A stretch of DNA of 64,000 nucleotides from Candidatus Latescibacterota bacterium (GTDB lineage Bacteria; Latescibacterota; UBA2968; UBA8231), in the NCBI GenBank assembly GCA_965197905.1, contig CBDAOB010000005.1:544001-608000 (forward strand), written 5' to 3'. The position numbers were made by a program, and so were the translations under genes. Numbering within the stretch: the first letter of the stretch is position 1; every line of letters starts with the position of its first letter. Positions 27,027-36,231 of the stretch are shown here, piece by piece. The notes beneath the pieces are model-generated. The model searched no databases, was not told the origin of the DNA, and saw only the letters and a program-made list of their open reading frames with translations.

Positions 27027-29975
27027 ATGAAAAGCATACATGTCTGGCTTGCCACGGTCGCGGCGCTGACTGCTGCTTCCGGTGCCTCTGCCCAGGAAGC
27101 GAGGGTCACGGGCAGCGCCCAGACCTATGATTCTCGCCCCTTTCTGCGCTGGGAACGTCCAGCCTATACGAACTACGCCATCGACCATGTCCAAAATTAC
27201 GAGAATCACCTATTCCCCTACGATGACAACAGGCGAACCATCTACGGGCCGATGGGGGACTTTCTGGTCAACGGTTACGACCTCTACTCGTGGGAGGAGA
27301 ACCGGTCGCCGGGTCAGGAGTATGGCAGCGCTATCTTCAAACCTAATCTGATGTACGATCTGCCGTGGGAGAAGGTCTATAACTCGACGGCTGTAACAAA
27401 GGATGGCTATGGAAACTGGGGTTTCAGCGTTTTCGTTGCCGACAACATGATAGCGCGGTTTTCCCCTTTGACCCTGTCCATGGTCGACTTCAATGGCTTC
27501 CGCTGGGATATGTCACTGCCGCGATTCAAGAGCACAGTGGTGGCTTCCCGGATCGAGCGGCCCCATACCTACCTCGAAACGGCTAACCTCTGGGCCGTCG
27601 GAAGGACCCACTTCGCCGACGATTCGACCGTGCTTCTGGGGAGCCGGATGGAGGCAGATCTGGGTGTGGGCCGTTTGGGTGTCAACATGGTCAATTCCCA
27701 CGTCTACCGCAGTACACAAGAGAGCAACGATCTGCGGGGTGTCGTGCGTCCGGACCATCCGCTGTTGGAGTTTGTCATCGTGCGTTTTACCGACGATTCG
27801 CCCGACGACGGTTTCGGCGGCGCCCACCTGCAGAACGTGACGCTTGTCTTGAACGGTGTAGAGCGGCCCGACATCGTGCCGCTGGTGGTGAGCAATCCTG
27901 CCGGCATCCGGCCCCAGGTCGGCACCTTCTCATCGTCGACAGGTCGTTTCCGCGCTACCAACTATACCTTGTTCAGCGGCGCTCGGCGTTATTACCGCGG
28001 TCGCGACGAGGTGCCCCTCTTCTCCGATTACATGGTGCGCCGCGACCACGAGCTGGGAGAGGATGTCAGCGGTGCTGCAAACCTGAAGGGGTTACTGGAC
28101 AACTTCCACATCGAGTCACCAGCTGGCGCTCTTGAAGCCAACGGGGACCGAGAGATCGCCTTTCTCTACGACCTGTCCCAGGAGCCGGCTGTGGAGTCGG
28201 TGCAGATCGAAGCTTTGCTGGGCAATGACTACAAGGTGGATGTGGCGACGCTGCATGAAGTGAATTCCAGGGGGAGGACGTATCACGCGAAGTACAATGC
28301 CACCTTCTACAAGAATGCACTGCGGTCAAAAGATAACGTGCAGGACCTGACCAACCTCAAGCAGGTGCGTTTTCAGGTTGGCGAAAACACCGGCATCTTC
28401 GTCTACTCTGCCGATCTCGATCTGGCACTACCCGGATTGGAAATCACCGGGGAGTTCGCACGTTCCACGGTGCATTCCCGTTATCCGGCGCAGATGGCGG
28501 GTGAAACCAACTTCGGGGCGAGCCCCCGTTTTACGCGGCAGGACAACGCTTATTTCCTCAACGCGACCCACTGGTTCAAAGCCGGACGTCTGGGTCTCGA
28601 AGCCTTTTCCATGAACCCTGATTTCACCACCACCTACCGCACGTTTCTGGATAAACAGGTGTTCGCTCACACCAATCTTGCCGGCATGATGAACGAAACG
28701 ATCTATTGGGATCTGGTGGAGGACAACGACGACGGGGACCGCCTTCCCGATCGGCGCATGGGCAACATCGTCGGTTTTACCAACGACAGTCAGGATTACG
28801 ATCTGGACGGCGTACACCTTGCCCAGGACGACGACAACGACGGTTTACCGGACACTAACCGAGACGGCGATCAAATTCCCGATTACGAAGAGCCGTTCCT
28901 GATGTACGACGTGGAGCCCAACATCTATTTCTACGGACTCGATCGAAACAACAACGACGAGCCGGATGCGCGGGAGGACGATGGCCAGGTGGACTATCCG
29001 TACGATCCGGACCAGCGTGGTTATCACCTCTTCGGCCAAGTCGATCTGAGCCCGCAGCTCGCATTGGCCGCCGGGCATTATTCGGTGAACGAAATCGCGG
29101 GGCCGGGCCGCACCAGGAGCATCTACGCCCTGCTGACCCTGGACATCAAGGATGTTGGCGGGCGCCCGCTCTTATTCGCCGAGAACAACCTGCGCCGAGT
29201 GCAGGATGATGTTCGCGACGAATTCCTGATCGTGGATGAGACGCCGATCAAGAACCTGGAGTTCAGCTTCCGTGGTCTCACCCAATCCATGTGCACCAAC
29301 TGCAGCGGCAACAACACTACGTTGTTCGATCGCCCACCGCTGTTCACCAGTCAGTTCGTGCCCGACGTTCGAAGCTACCAGGACAGCTACGTCAATGAGA
29401 CCTACATGGACCTGCGGCTGAATCCGGTTTCAACGCTGAAACTGGTCCAGAAGCTGCGGGCGCGCTTCAACTGGCAGCAGGGAGGCCAGCTCTACAACAA
29501 GACCTTTCAAAAGGAGCGGCGTCTAGATTTCTGGACCTCGGTGACGCGGGTGGAGCTTTCAAAGAGCTGGGGAAAACTGAGTCTGACCCCTCAATTCAAA
29601 TACATGTTTCTGCGCCTGAGGGATCAGGAGCGCAAGTCCAACCTCCTTGCGGAAATCCGCTCGATCCCGATCCTGCGGGTGGAGTACCCGCTGATGTCGC
29701 GGACTTCGTTGCGGGCAGGTTTTCAGGGCATCGGTCCGTTCCCGTACAGGCTGACCGATGACACCGCCGATCGCAACAGTTATGAGCAACGCACGGCCTT
29801 CGTGACGATCATCAATCGCAGCGACTATTACGGCTACGAACTGGTTACCATACTTGGTGTCAACAAGGATCAGCGGGAGTACGACACCAAATTCAACGAT
29901 GTTCGCAACTTCGACGCCTTTTCGCTGTTTGTGCGTGCCCTCGTCGGATTCTCCGAATACGGTCGGCCCATTTAA
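27027..29975 (+). CDS. ~980-aa secreted protein of unknown function, paralogue 4 of 5
   Basis: ATG 27027 after GAGG RBS. Signal MKSIHVWLATVAALTAASGASA-QE. Colinear with paralogues 3 and 5. C-term GFSEYGRPI. Confidence 0.87.
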   Translation: MKSIHVWLATVAALTAASGASAQEARVTGSAQTYDSRPFLRWERPAYTNYAIDHVQNYENHLFPYDDNRRTIYGPMGDFLVNGYDLYSWEENRSPGQEYGSAIFKPNLMYDLPWEKVYNSTAVTKDGYGNWGFSVFVADNMIARFSPLTLSMVDFNGFRWDMSLPRFKSTVVASRIERPHTYLETANLWAVGRTHFADDSTVLLGSRMEADLGVGRLGVNMVNSHVYRSTQESNDLRGVVRPDHPLLEFVIVRFTDDSPDDGFGGAHLQNVTLVLNGVERPDIVPLVVSNPAGIRPQVGTFSSSTGRFRATNYTLFSGARRYYRGRDEVPLFSDYMVRRDHELGEDVSGAANLKGLLDNFHIESPAGALEANGDREIAFLYDLSQEPAVESVQIEALLGNDYKVDVATLHEVNSRGRTYHAKYNATFYKNALRSKDNVQDLTNLKQVRFQVGENTGIFVYSADLDLALPGLEITGEFARSTVHSRYPAQMAGETNFGASPRFTRQDNAYFLNATHWFKAGRLGLEAFSMNPDFTTTYRTFLDKQVFAHTNLAGMMNETIYWDLVEDNDDGDRLPDRRMGNIVGFTNDSQDYDLDGVHLAQDDDNDGLPDTNRDGDQIPDYEEPFLMYDVEPNIYFYGLDRNNNDEPDAREDDGQVDYPYDPDQRGYHLFGQVDLSPQLALAAGHYSVNEIAGPGRTRSIYALLTLDIKDVGGRPLLFAENNLRRVQDDVRDEFLIVDETPIKNLEFSFRGLTQSMCTNCSGNNTTLFDRPPLFTSQFVPDVRSYQDSYVNETYMDLRLNPVSTLKLVQKLRARFNWQQGGQLYNKTFQKERRLDFWTSVTRVELSKSWGKLSLTPQFKYMFLRLRDQERKSNLLAEIRSIPILRVEYPLMSRTSLRAGFQGIGPFPYRLTDDTADRNSYEQRTAFVTIINRSDYYGYELVTILGVNKDQREYDTKFNDVRNFDAFSLFVRALVGFSEYGRPI

Positions 29976-29976
29976 C

Positions 29977-32958
29977 GTGCCCACCCCGCCGGTCGAACGT
30001 ATCACGCATATAACCCTTGTTCTGTTGTACGCCATCGGAATCTCCGGCGCGGTTTCATTGCTACACGCGCAGGAAGACCGCATCTCGGGCACCGGGGAGA
30101 TCTACGAATCCCGGCCGTTTCTGCGCCAGGAAAGCCCGCAGTACCAGAACTTCGCCATTGATCACTTCGGCAACTACCCGAATCACCGGGTTCCCTACGA
30201 CGACGCCCGGCGGACCATCTATGGCCCGATGGGTGACTACCTGACTACCGGTTACGACCTCTATTTTTGGGAAGAGAGGCGAACCGCCGGTCAGGTATAC
30301 GGCAGCGCGATCTTCAAACCCAACGAGGTCCGCTCGATGCCCTGGGAGAAGGTCTACAACTCCACGGCCATCATGAAAGACGGCTATGGCGACTGGGGTT
30401 TCAGCTTCATCGTCGGCGACAACATGATCGCGCGCCTGACCCCGCTCACCCTGTCAATGGTCGACTTCAACGGCTTGCGCTGGGATCTCTCCCTGCCGGT
30501 TTTCAAGGCGACGGCGTTGGCTTCCCGTATCGAGCGACCGCATTCCTATCAGGAGGTGGCCAATCAATGGGCGATCGAAAGGACCCATTTTGCTGATGAT
30601 TCGACCGTGCTTCTGGGGGGGCGCCTGCAGGCTGATCTGGGCATAGGCAGTCTGGGATTCAACCTGGTAAACTCACACGTCTATCAGAGTACCGCCAACG
30701 AGAGCAGCCTGAGAGGTGTTCTGCGTCCCGATCAGCCGCTGATGGAATGGGTCATCGTGCGTTTTTCGGATGATTCGCCCGATGACGGCATAGGTGGCGC
30801 CAGCATACAGGACGTGGAATTGTTAATCAATGGCGAGGTTCGTCCCGATCTAGTGCCGCTGGTGGTGAGCAATCCCGCCGGCCTGCGCCCACAGGTCGGC
30901 ACGGTTTCGCAGGCTACCGGCCGCTTTCGCGCCACTAACTACACCCTGATCTCCGGCCACCGTCGTTACTACCGCGGCCGCGATGACGTGCCACTCTTCT
31001 CGGACTACTTCGTGCGCCGCGATCATGAGTCGGGTGAGGACATCAGCGGAGTCGCGAATCTCGACGGCATAGTCGCAAACTATCAGATCGAATCACCTAC
31101 GGGCATGCTGGCTGCCGACGGCGACAAAGAGATCACCTTTCTCTACGACGTGTCCCAGGAGTCGGCAGTGGAGTCGGTTGAGATCGAGGCGTTGCTCGGG
31201 AACGACTACAAGGTGGACGTGGCGACCCTTTACGAGGTCAACACTCGCGGAAAGACGTATCATGCCCGCTATAAGGCGACCTTCTACAGGACTGTCCTGC
31301 GCGCCCGCGACAACCCTCAGGATATGACCAATCTGCGGAGGGTGCGTTTCCACTTCGGCGAAGACACCGGCATATTCGTCTACAGCGCCGACATCAACCT
31401 GACGATACCCGGGGTAGAGCTGAACGGGGAGTACGCGCGCTCATCGCTCTACTCCCGTTATCCCGCGCATATGGGCGGTGCCACTGCGTTCGACACCAGT
31501 CCACGTTTCGCCGCCCGGGACAATGCCTATTTCCTCAACGCTACTCACTGGTTCAACGGTGGCCGTCTGGGGTTGGAGGCGTTTTCTCTGAATCCTGAGT
31601 TCACCACCTCCTTTCGCACCTACCTGGACGAAGAGTTCTTCAGGCACACTCACCTCCAGGGCTTGTCGAACAACACGATCTATTGGGATCTGGTGGAGGA
31701 CAACGACGACGCGGATCGACTGCCCGATCGGCGCTATGGCAACATCGTGGGTTTCACGAACGACAACCAGGATTACGATCTGGACGGGGTACACCTGGCT
31801 CAGGACGAAGACAACGACGGCTTCCCGGATACCAACCGGGACGGTGACTTTGTTCCCGACTACGAAGAGCCTTTCCTGATGTACGACGTGGAGCCCAACA
31901 TCTATTTCTACGGGTTAGACCGCAACAACAACGACGAGCCGGATCCGAGGGAGGACGATGGGCAGGTGGATTATCCGTACGATCCGGACCAGCGGGGGTT
32001 CCACCTGTTTGCTGAATTCGACCTGACGCATCAGCTCTCGGTGGCGGCGGGACATTATTCGGTGAACGAAATCGCCGGTCCCGGCCGCAACAAGAGCACT
32101 TACGGGCTGATAACGCTGGACATCCGGAATGTCGGCGATCGACCGCTGTTATTTCTGGAGAACAACCTCAGACGCGTCCAGGACGACATCCGCGACGAAT
32201 ACCTGATCATCGACGAGGCGCCGATCAAGAACCTGGAATTCAGTGGCCGCGGCCTCACGCAGTCGATGTGCTCCAACTGTACCGGCAACAATGCGGTTTT
32301 CGGCCTGCACGACCGGCCGCCGCTGTTTACCAGCCAGTTCGTGCCCGACGTTCGGAATTATCAGGACAGCTACGTCAACGAGACCTATATGGACCTGAGG
32401 TTGAATCCGGTTTCGAGCCTGAAGCTGAACCAAAAGCTTCGGTCCAGGTTCAACTGGCAGCAGGGGGGCGAGCTCTACAGCAAGACCTTTCAGCAGAAGC
32501 GGCGGCTGGACTTCTGGACTTCGATTACGAGGGTGGAGTTCACCCAGCACTGGGGTAAGCTGAGCATAACGCCCCAGTATAAGTTCATGTTTCTGCGCCT
32601 TCGGGATCAGGAGCGCGGCTCCGATCTGCTTTCCGAGATTCGTTCCATCCCGATTCTCCGGATCGAGTATCCGCTGATGTCGCGCACCTTCCTGCGAGCA
32701 GGATTTCAAGGTGTCGGTCCGTTTCCATACCGGTTGAAGGACGACACCGCAGACCGCAACAGCTACGAGCAACGCACTGCCTTCGTGACCATCACCAACG
32801 GAACGGGCTACTTCGGCTACGAGTTGATTACTATACTTGGTATCAACAAAGACCGAAAGGAGTATGACACCAGGTTTACCGACGCCCGTGACTTTGACGT
32901 TTTCTCGGTTTTTGTGCGGGGCATAATCGGGTTCTCGGAGTTCGGTCGGCCGATATAA
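29977..32958 (+). CDS. ~990-aa secreted protein of unknown function, paralogue 5 of 5
   Basis: Probable GTG start 1 nt after the previous stop. Signal ending SLLHA-QE. Colinear with paralogues 3 and 4. C-term GFSEFGRPI. Confidence 0.85.
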   Translation: MPTPPVERITHITLVLLYAIGISGAVSLLHAQEDRISGTGEIYESRPFLRQESPQYQNFAIDHFGNYPNHRVPYDDARRTIYGPMGDYLTTGYDLYFWEERRTAGQVYGSAIFKPNEVRSMPWEKVYNSTAIMKDGYGDWGFSFIVGDNMIARLTPLTLSMVDFNGLRWDLSLPVFKATALASRIERPHSYQEVANQWAIERTHFADDSTVLLGGRLQADLGIGSLGFNLVNSHVYQSTANESSLRGVLRPDQPLMEWVIVRFSDDSPDDGIGGASIQDVELLINGEVRPDLVPLVVSNPAGLRPQVGTVSQATGRFRATNYTLISGHRRYYRGRDDVPLFSDYFVRRDHESGEDISGVANLDGIVANYQIESPTGMLAADGDKEITFLYDVSQESAVESVEIEALLGNDYKVDVATLYEVNTRGKTYHARYKATFYRTVLRARDNPQDMTNLRRVRFHFGEDTGIFVYSADINLTIPGVELNGEYARSSLYSRYPAHMGGATAFDTSPRFAARDNAYFLNATHWFNGGRLGLEAFSLNPEFTTSFRTYLDEEFFRHTHLQGLSNNTIYWDLVEDNDDADRLPDRRYGNIVGFTNDNQDYDLDGVHLAQDEDNDGFPDTNRDGDFVPDYEEPFLMYDVEPNIYFYGLDRNNNDEPDPREDDGQVDYPYDPDQRGFHLFAEFDLTHQLSVAAGHYSVNEIAGPGRNKSTYGLITLDIRNVGDRPLLFLENNLRRVQDDIRDEYLIIDEAPIKNLEFSGRGLTQSMCSNCTGNNAVFGLHDRPPLFTSQFVPDVRNYQDSYVNETYMDLRLNPVSSLKLNQKLRSRFNWQQGGELYSKTFQQKRRLDFWTSITRVEFTQHWGKLSITPQYKFMFLRLRDQERGSDLLSEIRSIPILRIEYPLMSRTFLRAGFQGVGPFPYRLKDDTADRNSYEQRTAFVTITNGTGYFGYELITILGINKDRKEYDTRFTDARDFDVFSVFVRGIIGFSEFGRPI

Positions 32959-32989
32959 CTTCGGACGACCTATCTAGACGCTCGCCAGA

Positions 32990-34492
32990 TTAGAGGGCGG
33001 TCGAGAACACCTTCGCTTTGTGGAGGTGTAACCGCACCGCCACCGCCTGCTCCGCCAACTCAGACAGATCGCTCTTTCCGTTCCAGCTCAGAACCCGAGA
33101 GAGCTCGTCACCGGTCAGCGTCTCCGCCTCTTCCAGGCCGAACCCGGAGAAGGCGTCCACCGCTCTGGGCGGGGTCGAAGGCGGGTTCACCAGCTCCACC
33201 TTGATCCAGCCGTCCTTCTCGGTGCGATAGTTGATCCGCATCTCCTCGCCCGCGCACGGCCTTTCCACCAAAAGCGCGCTGCCGTCGGCGTCCGCTTCCA
33301 GACCGGCCAGCCTGTCTTCCTGCCACTGGGCCCAGCGAATCTCGTAATCGACCGGATAGGGCGTACCGCGGTCGAGGAAATCGTGCTTGCGCTCGTGCCC
33401 CACGAACGGCAAACGAAATTCACCGGAACCAGTGTCCACCAGGTTGGGTGCGGCGTAGAGTGCGCCGTATTCGCCGCCCTCGTAGTTGCGGTCGATAATC
33501 GGCACTCGCTCCGGCCGGGTCCATGTGTAGCTGTCGCGGCTGATGGCGAGATAGACGTCAACGGTGGAGGGAATCCGGTGATAAAAGGAAGGGAACATCA
33601 GATACAGGTGTCGGTCCGGGTAAAGCGAGTAGCACGGATTGTAGATGTCATCGCCCATCGAATCCAAAGGATCGCACATCAGGCAGGGCCGCGCCTGCCC
33701 CAGGTCGCGGAAATCGGTCCCTTCCGCGCGGCGCACGAGTCGTCGACGCTCGATGTGGCCACGGAGATAGGCGACGTACTTCTCGTTGTACGGATCGTAG
33801 ACGCACAGGTTATGGGTGTCGAGCTGGGTGGCGCCCACGTCGAGAATCGGCTCATCCAGGTTGGTCCAGTGGATTCCGTCCGGCGAGACCGAGGCTTTCA
33901 CGTTCTGGCGCATGTCGATCTTCTTTCGCCGCTCTTCGGGGGAGACCCCTCCAAGGTCCATGGCGATGAGAAGCTCGCGGAACTTCTTGCCATCCATCTC
34001 CGGATCCGGTTTGCCGTCCTTATAATAAAGGGCGCCACCGGCAATCGCCTTGTAGCGCTCAGCTTCGGGTGCCGTAGGGTCGATGAAGAGTGCTCCCAGA
34101 TGGTGGTCCTGGCCGTGGCAGACGATGTTGTTCTTGGTGGATCCTTCGTACTCGGTCGTGTTCAGGTCGGAGCGCTGCCAGTTGAAACCGTCATCACTCT
34201 CGGCGTAACAGACGTAGCTCTCCGCCACATCGCGCATCTTGCTGGAGCTGTACCAGAGGCGATATCTGCCGCCTTCGTGCATCATGGTGACGATGCGTAG
34301 ATTGGCATCCTCTTCCCAAGGACGCTCAGCCTTCAGGAAGATGTCGGATTTCCGCGCCTGCTCTATGGAGATTTTAACCCCGGTCGGCGGCTCCTGAGAC
34401 CAGATAGTGCCATCCTTTTCTTCCTTGCGGTGAGAGGCGAAGATGCCGTACTGATCGAGAATCGGTTTGGCGATGGGAGCGGCGGAACTCAT
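32990..34492 (-). CDS. GH32-like beta-propeller protein, paralogue 5 of 10
   Basis: Start MSSAAP at 34492 behind GGAAGGA. PWEE, YAESDDGFNW, FIDPTAPEAERYK, SPDGIHW, LDTHN, C-term AKVFS. Confidence 0.75.
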   Translation of the reverse strand: MSSAAPIAKPILDQYGIFASHRKEEKDGTIWSQEPPTGVKISIEQARKSDIFLKAERPWEEDANLRIVTMMHEGGRYRLWYSSSKMRDVAESYVCYAESDDGFNWQRSDLNTTEYEGSTKNNIVCHGQDHHLGALFIDPTAPEAERYKAIAGGALYYKDGKPDPEMDGKKFRELLIAMDLGGVSPEERRKKIDMRQNVKASVSPDGIHWTNLDEPILDVGATQLDTHNLCVYDPYNEKYVAYLRGHIERRRLVRRAEGTDFRDLGQARPCLMCDPLDSMGDDIYNPCYSLYPDRHLYLMFPSFYHRIPSTVDVYLAISRDSYTWTRPERVPIIDRNYEGGEYGALYAAPNLVDTGSGEFRLPFVGHERKHDFLDRGTPYPVDYEIRWAQWQEDRLAGLEADADGSALLVERPCAGEEMRINYRTEKDGWIKVELVNPPSTPPRAVDAFSGFGLEEAETLTGDELSRVLSWNGKSDLSELAEQAVAVRLHLHKAKVFSTAL

Positions 34493-34587
34493 AATATTCC
34501 TTCCGATGGAGTAGGTTCTTGCCGTCAAAGTCGGCATAAGTTAGTTCATTGGTTCAACCGGTAAAGACAAAGAGCACTGCCGATTTC

Positions 34588-34616
34588 TTGACGGGCATCT
34601 GCCGGCCCAATACTCT
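34588..34616 (+). promoter_or_regulatory. sigma70-type promoter for the 34718-44787 gene run
   Basis: TTGACG (34588-93), 17-nt spacer, TACTCT (34611-16) in the divergent intergenic region. AAGGAGG RBS downstream. Confidence 0.55.
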
Positions 34617-34717
34617 TTGAGACCGGCGTCGGACTAAACACCACTCGCTCGTTTTGACGCTGTGATACGGCCGCGTGAAGCCCAGAGCGGTTCGGCTGAC
34701 AAGGAGGAAACTCCCAC

Positions 34718-36220
34718 ATGATAGTCCTGAACGGTGGTCCGCGTGAATCCATCAGAGAAGCCACCTTTCTACCTATAGACAGCTACTCCATTCCGTTCAA
34801 CAAGGGGCTCCTGTTGGAGCTCGCCCCGGGCCGCAAGGCCGACTTCGACAGCGGTCACGGTTTCGATCCCGATCATCCGGGTAAAGTCTTGGTACGTCAG
34901 GGTGAATCACCGGACCCCGACTGCAAGGAGGTCTGTTATTACGGCAGCGTCGTACACGTAGATGGCGAGTACCGCATGTGGTATCTGGGGCGCGGTGAAG
35001 ACGAGAAACGCAAGGCCAGCTACGCGGTCTCCAAGGATGGCATGGAATGGACCAAACCTAACCTGGGCATCGTCGAATACAACGGCAGCAAGTCGAACAA
35101 TCTGGTCGGTTTCCGTACGGGTGATAGCGGGTACCACGCCGAACACGTCAACTTCTGCCTGGTTATTCATGAGCCCGACGAAGCGGATGCCTCCCGGCGG
35201 TTCAAGATGGTATTCGAGCTTCATCCTCGTGACATCCGCGCCGCTTTCAGCGAAGACGGGCTGCACTGGACCCTGTCGCCTCACAATCCGATCATCAAGG
35301 GGAACAGCATCGAAACAGGCGGCCTGGTGCGCTACGGCGACTGCTATTACCTCAACGGCCAGGGGGGCGGAATGCCCCACCCTGTTCGCGGCGCGGGCAA
35401 ACGCTCTCTGGCGACCTACGCCTCCTATGACTTCGATCACTGGACCCAGAGTGTGGTACCCGGTTTCAGGCGCGATCCGGTGCCGCCTCACCCGCCCACC
35501 GATTTCGAGATGCATCGTGGCGAGCAGGTGCACATGGGCGCTTCCCTGTGGAATCGAGGCAACGTTCTTCTCGGCATCTACGGTCAGTACCACAACACCT
35601 CAAATGATCGCCGCAATGGCACCTGCGACCTTGGACTGGTGGTCAGCAACGACGCCATGCATTTCCGCGAGCCGGTTCCCGATTTCAAGTTCGTGCCTTA
35701 TTACGAGGAGTTGGAGGATGGCCCACCGCGCCTGTTGCAGGGACAGGGCTTCGCCAACGACGGAGAGCGCAGCTTCTTCTGGTACGGGGTCTGGCGCTAC
35801 GAACCGCCCAAGACCACGGGGGTGAGACTGGCAACCTGGCCCCGCGATCGTTTCGGCAGCTACGCCCCCACCGGCGAGTCCGCGGCGCGAAACGCGTCTG
35901 ATGAGGTCGAATCCTGTCACTGTATCACCTGCCCGTTCGAAGTCGACGCCGACAGGGGTGCCCGCGTATTCGTCAACGCCGACAACTGTTCCGAGCACAG
36001 CACGTTGACGGTGGAGGTGCTGGATGAGCAGCTTCGCGTGCTCAATGGTTTTGCGGCGGAGGATTGCGACCCCATCACCGAGGCGGGATTCCGTCGGCCC
36101 GTTTCCTGGCGGGGTGGCAATACCCTCGAACGGATCGATCATCCACTGCGCCTGAAGGTGAACTGGGAAGGGTTGCGCGCTGAGGACGCCAGGCTCTTCG
36201 CTTTGTACGTGGAAGAATAG
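34718..36220 (+). CDS. GH32-like beta-propeller protein, paralogue 6 of 10
   Basis: YAVSKDGMEWTKPNLG, SEDGLHW, GEQVHMGASLWNRGNV, WPRDRFG, C-terminal DCDPI...VSW...LFALY. Confidence 0.75.
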   Translation: MIVLNGGPRESIREATFLPIDSYSIPFNKGLLLELAPGRKADFDSGHGFDPDHPGKVLVRQGESPDPDCKEVCYYGSVVHVDGEYRMWYLGRGEDEKRKASYAVSKDGMEWTKPNLGIVEYNGSKSNNLVGFRTGDSGYHAEHVNFCLVIHEPDEADASRRFKMVFELHPRDIRAAFSEDGLHWTLSPHNPIIKGNSIETGGLVRYGDCYYLNGQGGGMPHPVRGAGKRSLATYASYDFDHWTQSVVPGFRRDPVPPHPPTDFEMHRGEQVHMGASLWNRGNVLLGIYGQYHNTSNDRRNGTCDLGLVVSNDAMHFREPVPDFKFVPYYEELEDGPPRLLQGQGFANDGERSFFWYGVWRYEPPKTTGVRLATWPRDRFGSYAPTGESAARNASDEVESCHCITCPFEVDADRGARVFVNADNCSEHSTLTVEVLDEQLRVLNGFAAEDCDPITEAGFRRPVSWRGGNTLERIDHPLRLKVNWEGLRAEDARLFALYVEE

Positions 36221-36231
36221 GGAGACATTCG

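Noticed and set aside
29292..29303. CxxC as a haem c attachment site
   Set aside because: No His follows (CTNCS and CSNCT), so it is not CxxCH.
26901..29976. Apparent long overlaps between barrel paralogues (ORF-track starts at 26901 and 29854)
   Set aside because: Signal peptides begin at 27027 and 29977, after the upstream stops. The extensions are open-frame artefacts.
24020..32958. Diversity-generating retroelement explanation for paralogue variability
   Set aside because: There is no reverse transcriptase and no template/variable repeat pair with adenine-specific mismatches in the window.
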